Positions 51,233 through 63,276 of a stretch of DNA of 64,000 nucleotides are shown one piece after another (the stretch's first letter is position 1; every line of letters starts with the position of its first letter). The notes beneath the pieces were generated by a model. That model saw only the letters and a list, made by a program, of their open reading frames with translations, had not been told where the DNA came from and made no database searches. The stretch is from Nemertoderma westbladi. Its lineage: Eukaryota; Animalia; Xenacoelomorpha. The stretch is taken from contig JAUCBJ010007331.1 of NCBI GenBank assembly GCA_032718475.1, forward strand, positions 1-64,000, in the 5' to 3' direction. Position numbers and translations under genes: made by a program.

Positions 51233-54200
51233 TAGATAGACCGACCAGCAGTCGGCCAGGTATTAATTAAGTCAGCATTTTAAGTTATTAAGTTAGCACA
51301 TATTTATATTTACACCTCATCATACCTGAAACTGAAACTAAAATTTAGTGTTTGAGTTGGCAATAAACAATCAAATGATAGAATAGGAGCGGGCGTAATA
51401 GAAAGTTAATCCTAAATGAATCAGAAATCAGTTTATCCTAAATGAATGTACCGGAATGTATTGACTTTCACATCAACTGTGGTACAGTAATGTTCGAATT
51501 TGGAATAAAACTACATACATATATATTATTTGATCTAAAGTAATCCACCTACAGTGTTCTGATATTCTTAGTTTTATTTACCTTCACTAAACAATCGTTA
51601 GTGGTTGTGAATCACTTGGAACAGCACACTGTATATTTCGTGTAGAATTTTATGGCGAATCCGAATATGTAAGTTGTTACTTCTCATCATGTAAACTTTG
51701 GAGATATGACGCATGAGGGATATAATTTAGTTCTTTAATCCTTTTTCTGTAAAATATTTGATTAAGTAGCCGCAAAAACTTGCCATTTAGGTACGTTCAC
51801 AATTCAGTCGGACATTGTGCTTTCAGGTCTGACTACCTTAGGGGCTTGGTCTATGGGAACTAGGAATATAGCCGCAGGTTGTTACAAATTTGGAATCCCC
51901 GCAACACCAACCGTGTACCGTGGATTAGTTGTTTTGGGTCTGGGACAATGCTGGCAATTTTGAAAACGAAAATATCAAATCTGACGTAAATGCAACAAAT
52001 CCACACGTAAATGAGGTGAAACAATCTGTTCCAAAATTCAAAAGATCTCGATATAATTTAATAAAAAATTTGAGACATATTCCAGGTTTGTTATTAAAGT
52101 TATTATAGTAAGTAGTTATTAGTTATTAGGTAACTATTTATTCAAAATTCCCCAGCCACGTAATTGTTTAATTTGTTTACTGGCTAATCCGGCTCATGCA
52201 TGTAGTGTTAATAATATGTATGCACGTGGACTGACTGTTCTCTAATTGGTTGGTTGTTAATTCCCTAATTGGTTGGTTGATAAACTAAATCCACCACCCT
52301 CCTTCAACATTCATATATACAATCAAAAACAATTGAAGCGAATCTAATGCTATTTTAATTTCAGGATGTGAACCTGATTTATAAGGAAGTTGATATACAA
52401 AGTTCTGCCAAGTTTAATTGTTTTCATATTCCTAACATCCTGGCAACCTTTTAGCACAATAATTATAATTCTAGCCGTAGGGTCATTGACAATTAATTAA
52501 TTAATGTTATATGAGGTCATTGAAATAAAATTAACCAACCGTGTTCATGTTAATAACCTCGCCAATGAAAATAATTTGATTATTACAAATATTCACAAAA
52601 TATTTAATGAGAAATCAATAATAATACAATTTTTCTAAGATAGACTGTGTATGGTGTTAGTTGGGACTTTATTTATATTTGTTATCTAACTACATATCTA
52701 CTTCGCTAATGTTTTTTCATCTTTCCACTTGTTTAATTAATAAGATGATATAAAGTGGAACTTTATATGATTGATATATCAGAGTGAGACTTTATGTCAC
52801 ATTGATGGTGATACGACTCAATAGCTTTTCCGAGGGAGCAATATTGTACTTTACCAATGTTATCTGCAGAGTTATGTTCGGAATTTAACTCTTGTTCCTT
52901 GTGAATTTAACTCTTCACTCCAGTCTTTGTACTTTTTGCACTTGGTAGAGAAAAGTGTTGTTTCTCATTCGTATTTAGCTCAACAATTTTTAATGGAATG
53001 GCATGTGTGTGGATTTAATCACAGTTTTGTGTAGTTTCTGGTAACCGGAAACAAATAGAAGAATACTCAAAACATGGGAATTAGGGGATATCGTATATTT
53101 GGTTCTCTAAAAATGGGCCGTTGCATCCAAAATTTAAAATTTGTATATTTTCTAAATGTTTCTTTTTAAATCTTTTTAGGTCACAAATATATAAAGTATC
53201 AATGGCTGACTAAAATCTGTATTTTGCCGACACGCTGACTTCAACGAGTTAGTGATTCAAAGGATTCGATTGATGTATCCTGGGGTCTACCCCCCCATAA
53301 ACTATGAACAAAGTAATGACTTTAAAGTCCAATCGGTTTCTGCCTTAGCGGCCTTCTTCAGGTATAAAGAAGATATTATTTAAAATATAAATTACACCAA
53401 ACTGCAAGCCTAATTACTGAAAATTGTGGTACTAAATGGTAGACTGAAGGCGAACATGTAAACTTGACACGGAATTTGCCTCACGGCTAACTTGACCTAA
53501 TTATTAGTGATATAATAATCAATAGATAAACTTATGAAAATATATGAATTATGGAAAATTGTTAAAATATATAATATAAAAATATATCTATTATCGATTA
53601 TGATTTATTGATTAGATTGGATCGCATTCCTAAATTTATCATTTCGTGGTACTAAAATGATTCAATTTTCTATCATTCGATTGAGTATTCCAGAAATCTG
53701 TATAGAAAATTCATACGAATATTGAAAACAACACATGGAATTTTACAGCGAAATCCAAATTGTAAAATTGTTATGTTGCATACCCGAAATTCGTGGTGCC
53801 CTATCACACCCAAGTCCTTTAGTCATAGTATATATAAATACTATATTCTAGAAGTCCTTGGGCAAACCCAAACGTTTTATGTTTTGAATGTAGTTCCAAT
53901 CCACTCAGCTGCACTGAAAACACATATATTCATTCCAACATAATATGGAATGTATACTAAACATATCTAGTTAGTTTTCAATGCAACATCCAAACAATTT
54001 GTAATATTGGTCCCGGCCCGGACTGGGACAACCACTATTTTTCAAGAAATTAATACTTTTGCTATTCATGGATTGAGAATTTTGAATTTTAGTGTTGTCA
54101 TTGTACAGTACATATACCTTCAATATCCCTTACACATATATTTATTTACCACTCATGAATTGATATCACAGACCATCCTTTAGTAAAAGTATAAATCCTA

Positions 54201-54258
54201 ACCACTTTCGATGTTTTAAAGAATGCGTGGAACTTATTTTTGCAGAAAGTAGTTCACT

Positions 54259-54364
54259 GTAAAGTAGAAGTAAAGTAGTAAAGAATTAGTGTAAAGTGGA
54301 AGTAAAGTAGTAAAGAATTAGTGTAAAGTAGAAGTAAAGTAGTAAAGAATTAGTGTAAAGTAGA
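54259..54364. repeat. 32-bp tandem repeat, 3 copies
   Basis: GTAAAGTAGAAGTAAAGTAGTAAAGAATTAGT x3. Confidence 0.9.
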
Positions 54365-54444
54365 CGAGTTTGGTTCTTTTTAATATTATTTGTAGGGAGC
54401 AATATTAATTCAAAATAGGCCAAATGCGATAATTAACATACATG

Positions 54445-57400
54445 AGAGTACATCACAAAGCAGTATAGGGTACAGCACAGGCACATAACAAGAGTACATC
54501 ACAAACCAGTATAGGGTACAGAACAAACACATAACAAGAGTACATCACAAAGCAGTCTAGGGTACAGCACAAACACATAACAAGAGTACATCACAAAGAA
54601 GTATAGGGTACAGCACAAACACATAACAAGAGTTCATCACAAAGCAGTATAGGGTACAGCACAAACACATAACAAGAGTTCATCACAAAGCAGTATAGGG
54701 TACAGCACAAACACATAACAAGAGTACATCACAAAGAAGTATAGGGTACAGCACAAACACATAACAAGAGTACATCACAAAGAAGTAGAGGGTACAGTAC
54801 AAACACATAACAAGAGTACATCACAAAGCAGTACAGTATAGGGTACAGCACAAACACATAACAAGAGTACATCACAAAGCAGTACAGTATAGGGTACAGC
54901 ACAAACACATAACAAGAGTACATCACAAAGAAGTATAGGGTACAGCACAAACACATAACAAGAGTACATCACAAAGCAGTACAGTATAGGGTACAGCACA
55001 AACATATAACAAGAGTACATCACAAAGCAGTACAGTATAGGGTACAGCACAAACACATAACAAGAGTACATCACAAAGCAGTACAGTATAGGGTACAGCA
55101 CAAACACATAACAAGAGTACATCACAAAGAAGTATAGGGTACAGCACAAACACATAACAAGAGTACATCACAAAGAAGTAGAGGGTACAGTACAAACACA
55201 TAACAAGAGTACATCACAAAGAAGTATAGGGTACAGCACAAACACATAACAAGAGTACATCACAAAGCAGTACAGTATAGGGTACAGCACAAACACATAA
55301 CAAGAGTACATCACAAAGAAGTATAGGGTACAGTACAAACACATAACAAGAGTACATCACAAAGCAGTACAGTATAGGGTACAGCACAAACACATAACAA
55401 GAGTACATCACAAAGAAGTATAGGGTACAGCACAAACACATAACAAGAGTACATCACAAAGAAGTAGAGGGTACAGTACAAACACATAACAAGAGTACAT
55501 CACAAAGCAGTACAGTATAGGGTACAGCACAAACACATAGCAAGAGTACATCACAAAGCAGTATAGGGTACAGCACAAACACATAACAAGAGTACATCAC
55601 AAAGAAGTAGAGGGTACAGTACAAACACATAACAAGAGTACATCACAAAGCAGTACAGTATAGGGTACAGCACAAACACATAACAAGAGTACATCACAAA
55701 GCAGTACAGTATAGGGTACAGCACAAACACATAACAAGAGTACATCACAAAGAAGTATAGGGTACATCACAAAGCAGTACAGTATAGGGTACAGCACAAA
55801 CACATAACAAGAGTACATCACAAAGCAGTATAGGGTACATCACAAAGCAGTAGAGGGTACAGCACAAACACATAACAAGAGTACATCACAAAGCAGTCTA
55901 GGGTACAGCACAAACACATAACAAGAGTACATCACAAAGCAGTCTAGGGTACAGCACAGGCACATAACAAGAGTACATCATAAAGCAGTTGAGGGTACAG
56001 CACAAACACATAACAAGAGTACATCACAAAGCAGTCTAGGGTACAGCACAGGCACATAACAAGAGTACATCATAAAGCAGTTGAGGGTACAGCACAAACA
56101 CATAACAAGAGTACATCACAAAGAAGTATAGGGTACAGCACAAACACATAACAAGAGTACATCACAAAGCAGTATAGGGTACAGCACAAACACATAACAA
56201 GAGTACATCATAAAGCAGTTGAGGGTACAGCACAAACACATAGCAAGAGTACATCACAAAGCAGTATAGGGTACAGCACAAACACATAACAAGAGTACAT
56301 CACAAAGCAGTCTAGGGTACAGCACAGGCACATAACAAGAGTACATCATAAAGCAGTTGAGGGTACAGCACAAACACATAACAAGAGTACATCACAAAGC
56401 AGTCTAGGGTACAGCACAAACACATAACAAGAGTACATCACAAAGAAGTATAGGGTACAGCACAAACACATAACAAGAGTACATCACAAAGCAGTATAGG
56501 GTACAGCACAAACACATAACAAGAGTACATCATAAAGCAGTTGAGGGTACAGCACAAACACATAACAAGAGTACATCACAAAGCAGTATAGGGTACAGCA
56601 CAAACACATAACAAGAGTACATCACAAAGCAGTATAGGGTACAGTACAAACACATAACAAGAGTACATCACAAAGCAATATAGGGTACAGCACAAACACA
56701 TAACAAGAGTACATCACAAAGCAGTATAGGGTACAGCACAAACACATAACAAGAGTACATCACAAAGCAGTATAGGGTACAGCACAAACACATATCAAGA
56801 GTACATCACAAAGCAGTATAGGGTACAGCACAAAAACATAACAAGAGTACATCACAAAGCAGTATAGGGTACAGCACAAAAACATAACAAGAGTACATCA
56901 CAAAGCAGTATAGGGTACAGCACAAACACATAACAAGAGTACATCACAAAGCAGTAGAGGGTACAGCACAAACACATAACAAGAGTACATCACAAAGCAG
57001 TCTAGGGTACAGCACAAACACATAACAAGAGTACATCACAAAGCAGTATAGGGTACAGCACAAAAACATAACAAGAGTACATCACAAAGCAGTATAGGGT
57101 ACAGCACAAACACATAACAAGAGTACATCACAAAGCAGTATAGGGTACAGCACAAACACATAACAAGAGTACATCATAAAGCAGTATAGGGTACAGCACA
57201 AACACATAACAAGAGTACATCACAAAGCAGTATAGGGTACAGCACAAACACATAACAAGAGTACATCACAAAGCAGTATAGGGTACAGCACAAACACATA
57301 TCAAGAGTACATCACAAAGCAGTATAGGGTACAGCACAAAAACATAACAAGAGTACATCACAAAGCAGTATAGGGTACAGCACAAAAACATAACAAGAGT

Positions 57401-59793
57401 ACATCACAAAGCAGTATAGGGTACAGCACAAACACATAACAAGAGTACATCACAAAGCAGTAGAGGGTACAGCACAAACACATAACAAGAGTACATCACA
57501 AAGCAGTCTAGGGTACAGCACAAACACATAACAAGAGTACATCACAAAGCAGTATAGGGTACAGCACAAAAACATAACAAGAGTACATCACAAAGCAGTA
57601 TAGGGTACAGCACAAAAACATAACAAGAGTACATCACAAAGCAGTATAGGGTACAGCACAAACACATAACAAGAGTACATCGCAAAGCAGTCTAGGGTAC
57701 AGCACAAACACATAACAAGAGTACATCACAAAGCAGTAGAGGGTACAGTACAAACACATAACAAGAGTACATCACAAAGCAGTAGAGGGTACAGCACAAA
57801 AACATAACAAGAGTACATCACAAAGCAGTATAGGGTACAGCACAAAAACATAACAAGAGTACATCACAAAGCAGTATAGGGTAAAGCACAAACACATAAC
57901 AAGAGTGCATCACAAAGCAGTATAGGGTACAGCACAAACACATAACAAGAGTACATCACAAAGCAGTATATGGTACGGCACAAAGGAGTAGAGGGTACAG
58001 CACAAACACATAATAAGAGTACATCACAAAGCAGTATAGGGTACAGCACAAACACATATCAAGAGTACATCACAAAGCAGTATAGGGTACAGCACAAACA
58101 CATAACAAGAGTACATCACAAAGCAGTAGAGAATACAGCACAAACACATAACAATGAGTACATCACAAAGCAGTAGAGGGTACAGCACAAACACATAACA
58201 AGAGTACATCACAAAGCAGTATAGGGTACAGCACAAAAACATAACAAGAGTACATCACAAAGCAGTATAGGGTACAGCACAAACACATATCAAGAGTACA
58301 TCACAAAGCAGTATAGGGTACAGCACAAACACATAACAAGAGTACATCACAAAGCAGCAGAGGGTACAGCACAAACACATAACAAGAGTACATCCCAAAG
58401 AAGTAGAGGGTACAGCACAAACACATAACAAGAGTACATCCCAAAGAAGTAGAGGGTACAGCACAAACACATAACAAGAGTACATCACAAAGAAGTAGAG
58501 GGTACAGCACAAACACATATCAAGAGTACATCACAAAGCAGTAGAGAATACAGCACAAAAACATAACAAGAGTACATCACAAAGCAGTATAGGGTACAGC
58601 ACAAACACATAACAAGAGTACATCACAAAGCAGCAGAGGGTACAGCACAAACACATAACAAGAGTACATCCCAAAGAAGTAGAGGGTACAGTACAAACAC
58701 ATAACAAGAGTACATCACAAAACAGTAGAGCATAAAACAGTAGAGGGTTCAGCACAAACACATAACAAGAGTACATCACAAAGCAGTAGAGAATACAGCA
58801 CAAACACATAACAATGAGTACATCACAAAGCAGTAGAGGGTACAGCACGAACACATAACAAGAGTACATCACAAAGAAGTAGAGGGTACATCACAAAGCA
58901 GTAGAGGGTACAGCACAAACACATAACAAGAGTACATCACAAAGAAGTAGAGGGTACAGCACATACACATAACAAGACAAGACAACAAGAGTAGGCCTAC
59001 ATCACAAAACAGTACAGCATAAAACAGTACAGCACAAAACAGTACGGCACAAAACAGTACAGCACAAAACAGTACAGCACAAAACAGTAGAGGTTTCAGC
59101 ACAAACACATAACGAGAGTACAGCATAAACACATAACGAGAGTACATCACAAAGCAGTAGAGGGTACAGCACAAACACATAACAAGAGTACATCACAAAG
59201 CAGTAGTGGGTACAGGCACAAACACATAACAATGAGTACATCACAAAGCAGTATAGGGTACAGCACAAACACATAACAAGAGTACATCACAAAGCAGTAT
59301 AGGGTACATCACAAAGCAGTAGAGGGTACAGCACAAACACATAACAAGACAAGACAACAAGATTACATCACAAAACAGTACAGCACAAAACAGTACAGCA
59401 CAAAACAGTACGGTACAAAACAGTACAGCACAAAACAGTACAGCACAAAACAGTAGAGGGTTCAGCACAAACACATAATGAGATTACATCACAAAGCAGT
59501 AGAGGGTACAGCACAAACACATAGCAAGAGTACATCACAAAGAAGTAGAGGGTACAGCACAAACACATAACAAGAGTACATCACAAAGCAGTATAGGGTA
59601 CAGCACAAACACATAACAAGATTACATCACAAAGCAGAACGACACAAAACAGTACTGTACAGCACAAAACAGGACAACACAAAACAGTACAGCACAAAAC
59701 AGTACAGCACAAAACAGGACAGCACAAAACAGTACAGCACAAAACAGTACAGCACAAAACAGGACAGCACAAAACAGTACAGCACAAAGTACA
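54445..59793. repeat. 46-bp satellite array (~5.3 kb) with 51-bp variants, grading into a 15-bp repeat
   Basis: Unit AGAGTACATCACAAAGCAGTATAGGGTACAGCACAAACACATAACA; right end (AAACAGTACAGCACA)n. Confidence 0.97.
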
Positions 59794-60036
59794 GAATTAT
59801 GTTGTTGGCTGAATATTATATATTCATCCTGGTATTTTGATTATGGTTATTTGAGATGTTATGGAGTTGTTATGGAATTGTAACGCGACATGCAGGTTTA
59901 AAGAATTTTGAATTTTATTGATATCTGAATCTTTATCTGAATTTTAATATATTTAAACTATTATATAAATATTTATACCCTAATTATTCATAATATAAAC
60001 CTCGCCTCGGTATAAAATAAAAGGGCTGATATAAAC

Positions 60037-62175
60037 TTATAGAGCCGTTAGTTTATGAGCATCTGGATTTATTGTTGCTATGCCAACGTCAATAACAACG
60101 TCCTCTGAGTTTGCAGGTTTTGGTCTATCATCGTTATTATCGTAAGAATTATTATTGTCTTTGTAATGTGGCGTTTCAGAACAACTCAAGTCCGCGGAAG
60201 AATTAGCCATCGTGACACCGAAATTCTCGTAAGTTAGATGGTGAATCGCATCAATGTTAGATGCGGTGGCTATAGGAAAGTCACCCGCGGTGTTCCCTTC
60301 AGCTGTACGTTGAGGTTCTTGTACACCGTTCGTTTGGTTATGTTTATAAGGGCCTAATAATATACCGTTTTGCTTATTAGGTCCGACATTATTTGAAGAT
60401 TCAACGGTATTACCATCGGTACCCATAAGGTTGGCCGCTGGAACCGACAGTTTTCTTTGTATTTCCGTTAGATCCGGAGGTCTAGACCGACGTCGGTGCA
60501 TGTCCGCTACCACGGGAGTGGGACCATCTAGCTTGCGATTACGGAATCGACACATTAAGTATATTACGATGCCAATCATAACCAACGCGAAGACCCCAGA
60601 AGCGACATACAGGGCCAACATGTAGGAGTTTGTTTTGTCTTTGTCGCTCCCAGTTGTTGTGGAAACTGATCCGATGGGAATTGGCGTTGGTTGTATCTTC
60701 GTTGTAGGAGTTGGGTTTGTTGTCGTAGTTGGGTTTGTTGTTGTAGCTGGGTTTGTTGTTGTAGTTGGGTTTGTTGTTGTAGTTGGGTTTGTTGTTGTAG
60801 TTGGGTTTGTTGTTGTAGTTGGGTTTGTTGTCGTAGTTGGGTTTATTGTAGTAGTTGGGTTCATAGTCGTAGCTGGGTTTGTTGTTGTAGTTGGGTTTGT
60901 TGTTGTAGTTGGGTTTGTTGTTGTAGTTGGGTTTGTTGTTGTAGTTGGGTTCATAGTCGTAGCTGGGTTTGTTGTTGTAGTTGGGTTTGTTGTTGTAGTT
61001 GGGTTTGTTGTTGTAGTTGGGTTCATAGTCGTAGCTGGGTTTGTTGTTGTAGTTGGGTTTGTTGTTGTAGTTGGGTTTGTTGTTGTAGTCGGGTTTGTTG
61101 TTGTAGTTGGGTTTGTTGTTGTAGTTGGGTTTATTGTTGTAGTTGGGTTGCTTGTCGTTGTTGGGTTACTTGACGTAGTTGGGTCCGATGTTGTAGTTGG
61201 GTTCAAAGTCGTAGCTGAGTTTGTTGTTGTTATTGGTGTTGTTCTTGTTGTTAATAGTGGTGTTGTTGTAATGGGTTTTGGGACTTTTATCAACGCCAGT
61301 TGTTTCGGTGGGGATGTTATGACTTTCGTAGTTACTTTCCCGTTACCCACCATCGAAACATGACCAATTGAAATATCATTATCATATGTAACTGTTGTCG
61401 TTATGTATACGTCACTGTTGTCATCAACAATTATTGCATATGGTAGGCCGGGTAATGATGTACTGGATACTACCACTTCTCCATTGTTATCCACATCCTC
61501 ACCATTGATAGAAAATCGTTCAATTCGTTTCGTTTTGGAATAACTCTCCAATAAATATATCATATTTGTTGTTACATCCAGAGCTAAACCGTTAGGCCAT
61601 TTTAAATCTTTTTCTATAAGTTTAACTGGATCTGTTCCTCCACCCATACTACCTCTCATTACAGCCGGACTTGTTCCGTAATCAGTCCAATACACGAATC
61701 CTTGACCTTCTCTCGCATCAACAACTATAGCCCTGGGTTTATCTACTCCGTCACTGTTGGTGTACAAATCCTCGATATTATTTCCCCCAAAATCGCTCCG
61801 TCTTATCTTCTGTTTACCTTTATCAGTCCAGTAGATAAATCTTCCTTCAGCAACAGTTATCCCATCGATTTTACCTGAGGTTCCATCTCCTCCTATAATC
61901 CTTATCGGATCCACCCCAGTGTAATAGTTCCCTTTATATATACCGAAGGTAGTTTCATCCATGTTGTCACTAACAAACATGTCTCCACTCTCTTGGTCTA
62001 CAGCCAGTCCGTAGGGTTTGCTGAAATTATATAAAGTCTGTATTTCCTGTGTCCCAAGGTTGTAACTGTTGACATTAGTCTCCCCGATATAAACAATAGC
62101 GGTATCGAGTTCATTAGTCAAACACCCCGAAATAGACAAACAGACGACTATACAGATTATATGAATGTAGATCAT
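60037..62175 (-). CDS. Intronless type I membrane protein C: signal peptide, YWTD propeller, ~210-aa (TTTTNP)n stalk, TM, long tail (712 aa)
   Basis: Paralog of genes A and B. TM MLALYVASGVFALVMIGIVIYLM; tail contains TYENF and NNSYDN and ends LTAL. Confidence 0.93.
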   Translation of the reverse strand: MIYIHIICIVVCLSISGCLTNELDTAIVYIGETNVNSYNLGTQEIQTLYNFSKPYGLAVDQESGDMFVSDNMDETTFGIYKGNYYTGVDPIRIIGGDGTSGKIDGITVAEGRFIYWTDKGKQKIRRSDFGGNNIEDLYTNSDGVDKPRAIVVDAREGQGFVYWTDYGTSPAVMRGSMGGGTDPVKLIEKDLKWPNGLALDVTTNMIYLLESYSKTKRIERFSINGEDVDNNGEVVVSSTSLPGLPYAIIVDDNSDVYITTTVTYDNDISIGHVSMVGNGKVTTKVITSPPKQLALIKVPKPITTTPLLTTRTTPITTTNSATTLNPTTTSDPTTSSNPTTTSNPTTTINPTTTTNPTTTTNPTTTTNPTTTTNPTTTTNPATTMNPTTTTNPTTTTNPTTTTNPATTMNPTTTTNPTTTTNPTTTTNPTTTTNPATTMNPTTTINPTTTTNPTTTTNPTTTTNPTTTTNPTTTTNPATTTNPTTTTNPTPTTKIQPTPIPIGSVSTTTGSDKDKTNSYMLALYVASGVFALVMIGIVIYLMCRFRNRKLDGPTPVVADMHRRRSRPPDLTEIQRKLSVPAANLMGTDGNTVESSNNVGPNKQNGILLGPYKHNQTNGVQEPQRTAEGNTAGDFPIATASNIDAIHHLTYENFGVTMANSSADLSCSETPHYKDNNNSYDNNDDRPKPANSEDVVIDVGIATINPDAHKLTAL
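60705..61215 (-). repeat. Coding 18-bp repeat (NPTTTT)n
   Basis: Unit AACCCAACTACAACAACA, in frame within gene C. Confidence 0.93.
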
Positions 62176-63276
62176 TTCGTATTATAAAAGTATGTTAATT
62201 AAGTATATTATATAACTAATATTATAACTAGTAATAAATTAATAATAATTATTGATATTTTTGAGTTCACCCTTTTATTACATGAATTTAAATTGTCAAT
62301 CAATATATATAATATTAAATTATTATTTTAATCTGTTTATTTTAATGTTAGAAAATTTTATATCGTTTTCGGGGTGACTTTGACTTAATATCACGTTAGG
62401 TATTAATTGCACTAGCGAGTTAATGGCAGGAAGGTCGCCATTTGATTCCAGAAAACGGCATGTTGTACATCTTCCTTTAATAATATACCAGTCTCTCGTT
62501 TGTCGCTAAATAATGTTTAACTTTGCCAATATTTATTGTGTCTAACCAAACATTATTTCCACTGGAAATTTAAATAAACATAACTAAATTTGTTACAACT
62601 TTTCAACTATTTTAGCAGCACAAAAATCCAGTACAGTGTGACCAAAAGAGTTTTCTATATGCTGTTGCTTTACTATATATTTTCAATGTTACACTATTTG
62701 ACAATGTGCAAGTATGTGGTACTGCGCAATATTTTATACTCCGCATATTTCTTCCTTGTTTGGTCATACATGAATATCTTTTTGTTTTCTTTGGCAACAC
62801 CAAGTAGTTGGACTAAGTACTGTAAACTATTAATAACGTAATTAAAATGTTTGGATACCATGAGAAATATAATATTTCTATATCTCCATAACATTAGAAT
62901 TACTGGCATCTAAACGGAGATTTATTTTATTATTTAGTGACGCAAATGTAATTGGTGCCCTTGTATAGTCCTTATATCCTTATATGGAATGCAGTGGGGT
63001 TTGTCATGACTAATAAACTAGGCAGTGCAATGCTGACTATTTCACTAACAAAATGTATTTTATAGAATTATCATTTATTTGATATTAATTATGGGATTTC
63101 TTCCGCCAAAACCCCCAATTACAGTAGTCACAAGATGCCAATAGTCGTAGTAATCGCGACAAAAATACGTATTTCAGCTGCCATATTTTAGTCACTGTCT
63201 CAGTTATTTTAGCTCATATTTTAGGCTCGCTCGCGTCTGTTTTCGTTGCAAAATTTTAAGCACTCTCTCTCTGTTA

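Noticed and set aside
32118-62175. Naming the receptors LRP, LDLR or nidogen orthologs
   Set aside because: They lack LDLa, EGF, NIDO domains and NPxY/PPPSP motifs; only the propeller is shared.
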